A stretch of DNA of 64,000 nucleotides from Camelus ferus (taxonomy: Eukaryota): positions 96,164,001 to 96,228,000 of the forward strand of contig NC_045697.1 of assembly GCF_009834535.1 (NCBI RefSeq), in the 5' to 3' direction. Under the pieces are notes generated by a model that saw only the letters and a program-made list of their open reading frames with translations, ran no database searches and had not been told where the DNA came from. Both the position numbers and the translations under genes were made by a program. Positions 53,301-64,000 of the stretch are shown here, one piece after another. Position 1 is the first letter of the stretch. Each line of letters begins with the position of its first letter.

Positions 53301-54120
53301 AAAACTACAATGAGGTATCACCTCACACCAGTCAGAATGGCCGTCATTCAAAAATCCACAAATGACAAATCCTGGAGAGGCTGTGGAGAAAGGGGTACCC
53401 TCCTACACTGCTGGTGGGAATGCAGTTTGGTGCAGCCACTATGGAAAACAGTGTGGAGATTCCTCAAAAGACTAGGAATAGACTTACCATATGACCCAGG
53501 AATCCCACTCCTGGGCTTATATCCAGAAGGAAATCTACTTCAGGATGACACCTGCACCCCAATGTTCATAGCAGCACTATTTACAATAGCCAAAACATGG
53601 AAACAGCCTAAATGTCCATCAACAGGTGACTGGATAAAGAAGAGGTGGTATATTTATACAATGGAATACTACTCAGCCATAAAAACCAACAACATAATGC
53701 CATTTGCAGCAACATGGATGCTCCTGGAGAATGTCATTCTAAGTGAAGTAAGCCAGAAAGAGAAAGAAAAATACCACATGAAAGCACTCATATGTGGAAT
53801 CTAAAAAACAAAAGCAAACAAACAAACAAAAACAAAGCGTAAATACAGGACAGAAATAGACTCACAGACAGAGAATACAGACTTGTGGTTACCAGGGGGA
53901 GGAGGGTGGGAAGGGATAGACTGGGATTTCAAATTTGTAGAATAGATAAACAAGATTACACTGTATAGCACAGGGAAATATACACAAAATGTTATGATAA
54001 CTCACAGAGAAAAAATGTGGCAATGAGTGTGTATATGTCCATGAATGACTGAAAAATTGTGCTGAACACTGGAATTTGACACAACATTGTAAAATGATTA
54101 TAAATCAATAAAAAATAAAA
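50360..54120 (+). mobile_element. Young 5'-truncated L1: ORF2 from mid-endonuclease through RT and C-terminal Cys motif, 3' UTR, polyA
   Basis: ORFs 50230-51108 (GDFN, TDHN), 51290-51598 and 51612-53804 (QGCPLSP, YADD, HCWWEC); TSD aaaaatttga at 50350-50359 and 54121-54130. Confidence 0.98.
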
Positions 54121-57100
54121 AAAAATTTGAAAAAAGAGAATCTCAAATTAATATTTAGGCTTATTAATCAGTGATTTGTCTTCTTAAAAATAGTTTTATT
54201 TTTACTTAATTTAAATTTTTAGTTTATTTTTATTTATTTTACTTAATTTATTTTCATTTAAAATTTATTTAACATCTATTTAATGTGAAAATCATATTAT
54301 TTAGATTTAACATATAAAATGTTTATATCAGTATTTATATTATTTGTTTTTATCTTTGTTGTAGAATGTAATATTCACACATTGGTATTTTGAAAAAATA
54401 TGGGGAATGAAAACAATATATTTTAATTTTTTTAAAAGTTACTAAGAAGCATTTTATTTTAGAAGGTGCACAGTATTTTTTTGTTTTGGTGAATATTGAA
54501 AACATCTTTTTAAGATGTTGGCTATTCAATTGATTTATAGTCAAATATTTTAAAATATAGGTTAAACATGAAGACATAGATTACCAAGTATTACATAGGA
54601 AGGTTAAAATGCTCTCATGATTTGTATATAAATAAGGAGACATACAAAAAGGTTAGGAGAGGTTTTTTCTACACATACATACACAATAGGATATACTTTT
54701 TATAAAATTAGGAGACTATGATCAGACAGATGCAAGGTCTTCCACGAATTTTACGGTTTTATAGCAAACTTACCATTTATGACAAATGAGCAGTTTCTCT
54801 GTTTAGATTTTGGATGTTTGAAATATGTATTACATTAACACTAAAAACTTTATATTCACATTGTGCATCACAATTCACACTAGATTTTCCTTTATCTTAA
54901 CTCATCCTGAATCTCATTGTTCGTTCCTAAATCATTCCTAGTATTTTTGAAACTTCCTACACTTCTGCCTGATTTGACAAACATCCATTTATTGTTTTCA
55001 ATGTGTGAGTTACTATTTTAGGTGACAGAGGTGCTGAAATGAGAAAAGGTTATCCTTTCATTCAGGAAGTTTGAAGTGAGAGGAAGAGTCATGTTCTAAC
55101 ATCAGGATCAGAACTGTGAATAGGGAGGATGAGTGTAAAGACAGGAAAAACCTCCATGGCCTTCTTTATGTGTCTCAAGGTCTTACTTTCACTCTGCTTG
55201 TTCTATTTTTTAAAATATTTTATTAACAATTATTATGGCAGAATAATTCCATGTTCGCGGATGTACTCAGGAGCAAACAACCTTGGTACATTGTTAAAAC
55301 ACATGTATTTACTATTTCTGTTCTTCCAGGATTAGCAAGAGCTCAGAGACAAGGTAGTCTCTGGAGGAGGGGCAGTTTTCAATTTATTACCCCCAACTTT
55401 TATATAGCTGAGAATGTTTCTGCCATAGGAGCTTATTAAATTGTTTGGTTCCTGGTTCTGCCTGATTTTGGCAAAATGTTTATGTAGCTAAAATTTTATA
55501 CTTCTTATAATATGCAAAGCTCTATACTAAATCCCAAGAAGCATTTTTAATACTAGAACTCCTTGGGAGGATTGGCTCCAGACAAGTTGGCCACTGGGAA
55601 CAATACAGATCTCTGATTTACCTTTCTTTCCTTGTTTTCCTAAGACAACCTGGTTTCCTAATTTTTTTAATTTACAAATTTTACCTTTTTTTTCCTTTAT
55701 TGTATCCATGAAAGAGTTACTTTAATCTTGGTTAAGAAAAATATATGAAAGTATTTTGTTCTTCTAAATGTGCCCATTGTCTTTTATCTATAATAATTTT
55801 ATAATGTCAACAGTGATTGCTAAGGTAATCCCTTTATAATGTCACCTTGAGATATTAGTCTACATTTACTATAATTGAATAAGATTTGTTAAAGCAATTA
55901 TCAGTGCCATGAACATTTAGATAGAGGAAATTGGATGAAGTCTAGATATAGTGTCTCTGTTGTGTCCATTATTTTTGTGGCTAGCCATTTAATCCCAAAG
56001 TAAATTTAATATGATAATATAATTTTAAATTTTACCAAAGCTAGATTGGGAACTGAGATAATTTGTGTTTCTAATAGTATTTAATCTATGTATGAGTTTT
56101 AATGATGTGAATAATGTCAACATGTCTGATTTAGTTACCTACTTCTGGATTTGATATAAAGCAATGTTCAAGAAATATTTGTTTTCTAAAGAATGCGTTT
56201 TATCCTGACCTTCCAATCTTTCCTTACCCTCCACTCTAGCATTTATCTCAGCTATTCTCCATTCATAGTCAAGGATTTGTGTCTGTGTGTGTGTTGTTAT
56301 TGTTGTTGTTTTGCTCAAACCAACCATCTGAGCACAAAACTATAGTGATCACACCTCCTAAATATCTTTGATACATGTTTAATATGATGGTCTGCATTCT
56401 TATTCACTTCTATTCTGTGCAACATGTCTCCAAAGCATTTGATGTTAAGACTGTATTTTTCTAAGTACATCTCAGGGGGTTTATGTTCTGAGAAACATGC
56501 TTTAATCACTGCTGCTCTAAAATTTGTAACTAGCTTCATGTACACAGTACATTTTGTTTTCCAACTTTTAGCCCTATAGTGCTTCTTGAGACTATGTTTA
56601 TAGTAAAAATATTTAAAATTATATTCATGTAATTAGATCAACAGAAAAAATTTAGGATGTTTATTTGTGTATGTGTTTGTGTGTATGTATTTATGCAGTG
56701 TTTTAAGTTTTCAAGATATGATGAGATTTTTGTATTGAATAATACAACATAAATTATTGTGTAAGTATTTTAAACCATACCTTTTGTAATTCACTTGACT
56801 AAAGTCTTAATATAGTCCTAATAGATTATGCAATACAAAAAAACAATATTTGCTATTGATTAGTATAATTTAGTTAAAGATAATCTATATTGCATAATGA
56901 ATCCATATGCATAAAGATACATATATACAAGCATCTATACATTAAATCTACCTGGAAAAGCTTTTTAACTTTTAAGGAATTATGTGCAACATAGTGAGCA
57001 TAAGTAAATTTCAATTTCCTTATTGTTTTTTTTTAATAATTTGATTGACCGATTAAACTAGAAAGCTTCCTGCAAAATAATTCTTAATGGTGTAATTAAA

Positions 57101-59427
57101 ATTTCATTAGTATCTTAAAGTTATTATTTTATTGTGTTCTATTCCTTCTGATCATATTGTTTAAAATTGTAGTGTGGTTTGGGAAAAAGTAGAATATTTT
57201 GTTTATAGAATACTGGATTAACTATTACACATTCCCATTGCACACAAACTATGGAGTATGCCTAATGATCATTAGGTTGATAAATTACAGAACCACTGAA
57301 AGGAGACTTAACATTAAAAATATAGCTATATACAATAAATGTTGGCAAAGGCAAACCTCCACTGGATTATAGGATAAGTAAACTTAATTTTTTTAGCCTC
57401 AAAAAGAAATAGATAAGAAACTTGTATTTCTACTTTGTCCATGAGTCTTGTGTTGCAGAATATTATTTATTTGTCCCTTTGTAGAGGCATCACATTAAGC
57501 AATCAAATCAACAACATTCATACTTTACTTTTGCATAAAACATTGTTTTAGATTTTCAGAATATATTTCACAGACACAGGGGAAATAAGGAAGGCTCAAT
57601 GAAAATGGATTATTTTCTTGGCAGCAGTAATTTTCTGTCTCTTCAGATGAACACAGAGTGGGAGGAAACATCAACAGCCATCCAAATGTTTATAAAGAGA
57701 CCAAGTTCAGAGTATATATACTGCTAATAATTTCCCACTTATGATTTGAGTTTTCACAAATACTTCTTGAATAATTTTTGAATTAGAGTAACTAATAATT
57801 TAATTAATGAAATATCTCTTTGCAAGGCTGCTGACTATATTTCAGAGAAGGGAATTATTAAGTCTATAGAGCAATTAAAAATTAAATGTATACATATCAT
57901 ACTTTTGAAAAATGTAAAGAGTCATAAAATGTCCCATTCCACACAAATTAAAAATATGACCAGTTGATCAGTATTTTACATAAGCTATAATATCGTACAT
58001 AAATATTAAGTTTTAGAATAGTACAGTCCTTTTTTCTTCCCCAAATTACCTATTATAAGTTTTGCTGTAATTAAACTTTCCAATAGTGCTGAAGATCTTT
58101 AAAGAAAATATAGAGAAAAGAATTATCTATTAAATATATCACATGTAAAATTACTTATTAAACCTCATCATAGATACAGAAATTTTGAAAGCTACAATTC
58201 TTTCTCTTTAAAAAAAAAACTTAAATTTTCTTTTCCATTGTATGTTTTGAAATATTATTTTTCAGTTGTAGAAGTAATATATGTATAGTAGATAAAATTT
58301 CTAAATGCATATATTTACATAAGGTATTAAAATCATGTAACCCCAGCACCAGGCATAAATATTATATATATTTTATATACTTATTCAGGCTTTTAAATAA
58401 AAAGCATACATATTTTAAATTGTGTGAAGTCACTGACCTTTCTTCAGTCAGCACTTTTTCATCATCTCATTTATTATAGAAATTTTGTCATTAGTTTTTT
58501 ATGCTATTATTTTAAATAAATGCTTATTTCATCATAGAAATGAACTGTGACATACCTAACAAGTTGACTTTTATTCTATACTTCAGTTGCTTCTATTTTA
58601 GTAAAAGTGTGCTAAATATCATTGTACATGCATTGTTCTTTACTTTTTGATTGTTTTTATCATAGGTACATTGAGGTGAAATTATAAGTACATGGAGTTT
58701 GAAAGGATTAAAATTGTACCGTTTATATTACAACACTAGCACAGATATATGCATATATATACCTATTATATCATGATATTTGCAGAAAATCAAGAAATAT
58801 ATGATGATACTATTATAATGAATTAAGTAATTAGGTTACCCTCCAAATATTACATATGAAAAAGGCAATGTTTATCTCTCACATCATTAACATGCATTTC
58901 AGTGAGTATCATAACCCCTGGAATATAACAGGGAAGCATTATATAGTAAGTTTAGTCTTCTTCAAGGTTAGGAATTAGCTCTTATAAATTTTTTGTTTAC
59001 TTCATCTAGTATATTACTAGGAGATATTCAAATAATCTTGATAAAATAGGATTTCAGTAATGATTGTTTTCCTATTTATAGTAAGTATCAGTTTTGAGTT
59101 AACTCTTGATCTTGTACCAACATAAAGGAATATTTTTCAATTTAGGATGAAATATTATCTCAATTTTTTAGGGTACAATTTTGAGTTGTTTACAGAGTTT
59201 TAATAAAAGACAGGATCCTTAAAACCTCATGGGATGTATTCCAGTATGACTTTAATAATACCAGTGGATACAGCCAACAGGAGAGAGTACAGATACTTGG
59301 AGTGGTGTAAAAATCTCCAAGTAGAGCTCCAAGGTCCTTCTACAGTGGTAGAGGACACACTTTATGTTTTAGACAATTAACTACTGAAATCTGTGCCACT
59401 TGTCTTAGTTTCAGGGGAGCCAAGACT

Positions 59428-59675
59428 CAAATCCATTGAGGGGTCTTTTGCACCTCACTGGTCATACTGCTTAAAGCCAGGCTGTGTAACTAGTTAAACG
59501 AGGTGCAGAGCATCAATTTATACCTCTGTAAACAATGTAGATAATCCAGTACAAATCCATTGAGGGGTCTTTTATACCTCACTGTTCATACTGCTTAAAG
59601 CCAGGCTGTGTAACTAGTTAAACGAGGTGCAGACCATCAATTTATACCTCTGCAAACAATGTAGATAATCTAGTA
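59428..59675. repeat. Tandem duplication, 2 x 124 bp
   Basis: Copies start at 59428 and 59552; 6 mismatches, no indels. Confidence 0.95.
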
Positions 59676-59899
59676 CAGGCTGTCTCAAGGGAAGTGTTGA
59701 ACATTAAACATCATTATAAATTACTGGCTAGCACATCTTATCTTTATATTCACGAAGAGTGACTCTCAGACTTCCAGTCATGCCCAGAGATAATAAGGAC
59801 AGAGCCGACCCAGGCCTCCTGTTAGGTAATGCAACTATGGAGCATACTTATTGTACCAAAAAAATAATTGTGACATGGGGGTTCCTGGTTGTACCATCC

Positions 59900-61000
59900 C
59901 TTAAATCACCTCTAACCCCTGAATCAATTGATAAGTTGACATTTGTAAAGATGATTAAAGTGGACCTGGGCTCTGGAGAAAAAGTGAAAGTTAGCACTTC
60001 AGGAAGAGAAGCAGTATGTGTGAAGATCTTATGTATGATGTCTTGTTCAGGATTGCTTTGTTCTTGGAAAAATCGAGGGATTAAGGAGCAGGTTAGGGGA
60101 AGCAGGTGCATAATGTAAAATTTAAAGTAGTAAATAACATAAGGGAAAGATCATTCTAAGGGTAAAACTACACATAACAGCATGCATAATAGTAAAATTC
60201 AGTGACATAGAACACTTTGCAAGAGAGCCAGTATTGGCTGGGATAGAATGATAAACAAAAGGACTATGAAATACTCTGATAGAGTGACTAAGAAGACAGG
60301 TTTATACAACTAAAACTCAGATACCAAGTCTAGACTAGAGATAAAAAATATTTTATTAGCAATTTAATATCCGTAAGTAGTGAAGTTTCAGTGTATTTTA
60401 TATTTTCTTTAGGGAGCATATGGGGAAATCAGAGAAAAGGGCCTGGAACCAGTCATTGAAATATTTTAGTATTTAATGGCCAGGGAAGCGAGAGAGGAAA
60501 ACACAATGTAGATTGAGAAGGTAGGAGAGAAAGTAGTAGAACATGGTAATACAAAATTCAAGAACAGATAGTATTTCCAAAAACAATAGTGAACGGTAGT
60601 GTTAAATGCACTTGTGAGTTAAAAAAAAAAAAGTTTAAGAAAGGTAAACATATCTTGGCTTTATTGATATCGAGGCTATTGGCCAAAGACAAGTTTATTG
60701 GCATGATATGAGGAGAAGTGTAGTAGATAGTTAGGTGTGTTGTCAGTGAAGGAGAGGAAAAGGTAAGGGTTGTGTGTGTTCGAACTTGATTGCAGAACAA
60801 GGGTAGTACATAAACAATATTTGTTTTTGTATTAGGAGAGTAACAATTCCTCTTTTTCTAACAGAAGGGAGGAAGCATATGACAGGTACACATGCCACAG
60901 ATCTCATAATCTAGTAGTTAAAAGTTGAGAACATCCTATGTGATGGCTTCTGTCTCCTATTTTATATAAATGATATAGTTAACTTACTGAGAATAGGAAG
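59900..61000 (-). mobile_element. L2 LINE remnant
   Basis: Purine-rich degenerate L2 antisense motifs. Confidence 0.45.
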
Positions 61001-62423
61001 TTGTTTTAAGAATTTACCCATGGGAGCAGATGGATGAGGTGACAAGGAGAAGAGGAATTCAACTGAGAGGGCATAGTTTGCCATGTCCTACACATACCAC
61101 ACATACTGGTGCCATACTGTGCAATGGACAGGAAGACTTGAGACCAATTATCAAAGTATTTGTTTCAACTCAGTATTATAACTAGAAGTTCAATAGGTGG
61201 AAGCATTAAGAAGGGGAGATGATGGCATACATATCCAAATGGCATGCATCATAAAAGAGAAGGCTTTTTATTATGATGATGGATGAGTGAAGTACCAAAA
61301 ATGACAACAGTGATAGTTATTGTGGTTGGGAGAATATTTACTTGATTTTAAAACATCCCTTAATGGTGGTGTTTCCTAGAGTATTCCTCAAAAATCTTAT
61401 AAGCAAAAAATATCAGAGCCTTGGAGTTTGTTAACCAGGGAGTGCAATATATGGCAACTCTGAAGAGATTAAATGCCCTGTTAAGTTTGAGGCAGCCAGT
61501 AAATCTTTTAAATTGAAAATATGCTTGAAAATGTGGCTCTTCTGTGAAATCTTATACACGTGAGGTACCTATAGTTAGGTTGGAAGAGGTGCATGTTTAC
61601 AATAAGGAACTATTACAAAAACAAGAGTTATGTCTGTAAAGAATATATAAATATAATATATAATTAGCACCTCAAGGTAATTTTAATAACATTAATAAGC
61701 TGACTGCAGTTTTTGTGAGAATTACATTGTCAAAATATCCACAGATTGGAGGAAAAAGACTATGAATACTTGAGATTTAAAATCACCCTTGTGACAGATC
61801 AGCAATAAGCCAGAAGTCAACTGGAAAAACTGTTCAGCTCCCAAGATGGTTATATCCGCTGATATCATTGCAGTTTACAAGGCAGGTAGGGTTAAAAAAT
61901 ATCCCCAAGAGACAGGCGACATGGAGAAGGAATAACAGAAGAGTTATATGGCGGGGGCCAAATTGAGCAGATTTTAAAAACTCAGTTTATTTGGCAAAAA
62001 TTTCTCTTGGTTTTCAGACATGCTCTGGGTTGCTCTTTACCTGCACTCTTTCTACAAATGAAAGATCTGATTAAAGGGAATGTAAGAACACCTTGCAAGT
62101 TAAAAAAAAATCAACAAAATAGGGGGATTGAATGTAGAAGTGGGGACTTGGGCAGTGTTGCCATAAACTCAGTCTCTCTGTGGTTAGAAGACAGCCTACA
62201 TTGAGTTGAGTTTCTGATTGCCTTGCTTAGGTTCTAATTACCACCACCTGGTGGATCCTCTTTCTGCTCTTTCCTGATACTTCTCTGAATTAGAGCAGGT
62301 GCTGTTTCCCTTAATAACTGAGCCAGAGCAATCACTCTGATGTGCCCATATCTATAGTGATAACTCTCATGATTTAAAGTTGCACTTTGATTATAGTTGA
62401 ATCTAGGTAGAATTAAATCAGAT

Positions 62424-62426
<3 letters not shown>

Positions 62427-62482
<56 letters not shown>
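62427..62482. repeat. (AT)28 microsatellite
   Basis: Direct read. Confidence 0.97.
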
Positions 62483-62485
<3 letters not shown>

Positions 62486-63559
62486 TATATCTATACACAC
62501 ACACATATATAGACACACACATGATTCTTTAAAATGATGCATTTGAAATACTCTATTGCTTTCACTGTATCTGGCTATATTAAAAATTTGAAGTAACAAA
62601 ATTTTAGGATTGAAGAACTGTTTGTGATAGCAGGGACGTTAATAATTGACTAATTTATTTAAAAATTCTTTAATTCTTTAAAAGTATAGATTTAGGTCTT
62701 GAATATACAAGGAGCCTTTGATTTAAATGGATATTTAGGCAAAGAGATACCATGTCCAGCAGATTGAGGCCACCCTGGGATGTCTCTTCCATCCAGATAG
62801 GTGTCTATTTGTCTGAGAAAACAGTTTCCTCCTGGGGCAGATATTGGGATTATCCTGCTGATAAAAGATAACTTAAAAATTCAGTCAAAGAACAATTCCC
62901 TAATTTATAAGAGAAGGGAAAATCTGAGTTTAATGTGATGCTTGTCTTTCAGGCTTGACTTCAGACTTCACTCAGATGTTTCTCGTTCTTAATTAAAGAC
63001 TCAGTAAAACTCAAATTTGAAATATGCAGGATGAGCTATAATAAAATGGATAGTATCTAAAGACAGTAGCTGTTGGGCCAAGAAAAAAAATATTTGCCTA
63101 CTCTCCAGATCATATCAAAATTTGAAATGGATAAGCCCTGTTACTTCCTGTGATTGATTATATTTAGCGGGCAGAAAAGTATTTATTTCAACCTAAATTT
63201 ATTACATATTGAGTATTGCATAGGAAGAATATTTTTATTGTTAACCTATGAAGTGTCAGGGAATTTTCTAAGTACTTTATAATTATTTACTTCACTGTCG
63301 ATTGGTAATAATTGGATTCTTAAAAACAATTATACTGTTTATTAGTAACACAGAAAATCATATCTGATTTTTCAAGAATAAAAGATGATAGGTGTAAACG
63401 TTTGATAAAACAGAGGCATCTAGTGGGAGAGGCAAGGCATCATATGACAGTGAGCCTCGTGGCCACCTACCGATTAGGCAGTGATCAAAGGCACACTGGT
63501 GGACTTGGGACCAAAAAGAAGATAAATCTCTTGGCAGAGAAATAAATGCTTTGGATGTC

Positions 63560-63780
63560 AGACCAGTATGGTAAAGGCAGTGGAGCCACCCCTGGATTTA
63601 GCTCCCAACTTGGAAAATTAGGAAATCTTTGACCTGCATAAACTATCTGAATCTGTCTGCCTCATTCTTAAATACTAAAAGCATAATACATTTTGAATAA
63701 CTCTGATGACTAAATACGTGAATGCATCTAGTATAGTCCCTGACCCATTAGATACTCAGTAAGGTTAATTTCATTCTTTC
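63560..63780 (+). mobile_element. MIR
   Basis: tctgaatctgtctgcctcatt...tagtatagtccctgacccattagatactcagtaa. Confidence 0.6.
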
Positions 63781-64000
63781 AATTGAATTTTTTAAATTTG
63801 AAAGTATTCTTGTATCTTTTTGTGTTTATGTGTATGTGTGCACGCATGAAAAGTTCTTTTCAGCACATATTCTAGATTGCTTCATACATGTTCCAGATTG
63901 GAGGCTTTGCCTTTTTCTCTGTTTTTCTACTGACCACTTGAAAATATGTATTTTATATTATGACCCAGAATTCACAAAATCAATATATTCTTTGGTTGAT

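Noticed and set aside
50619..53302. Minus-strand ORFs over the young L1, and plus-strand ORFs over minus L1s
   Set aside because: Routine antisense shadows of L1 ORF2.
1..64000. CRISPR arrays, operons or other prokaryotic systems
   Set aside because: The sequence is mammalian; no repeat-spacer array or dense coding was seen.

Overview
AT-rich mammalian genomic DNA, probably camelid (a tRNA-derived SINE resembling camelid Vic-1 at ~35.6 kb). No intact, nameable protein-coding gene is evident. About a third of the window is interspersed repeat: L1 of several ages (including a very young 3.8-kb 5'-truncated L1 with TSD at 50.36-54.12 kb), MaLR/ERV LTRs, L2 and MIR. The main non-repeat signal is a chain of minus-strand exon-like segments with canonical GT/AG sites and mostly compatible phases. 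From 43.5 to 19.3 kb they read as signal peptide, immunoglobulin-like motifs, then a transmembrane helix. A second set from 12.4 to 1.7 kb also carries Ig-like motifs. Several segments contain stops or frameshifts, so the best reading is one or two decayed (unitary pseudogene) Ig-superfamily type I membrane protein genes, possibly still able to splice a short intact membrane protein. A small CpG-rich promoter (TCTCGCGAGA motif, CRE half-sites, GC box) at ~11.7 kb lies inside this structure and has splice signals on both strands. All exon models are manual and unverified by homology search or RNA data.
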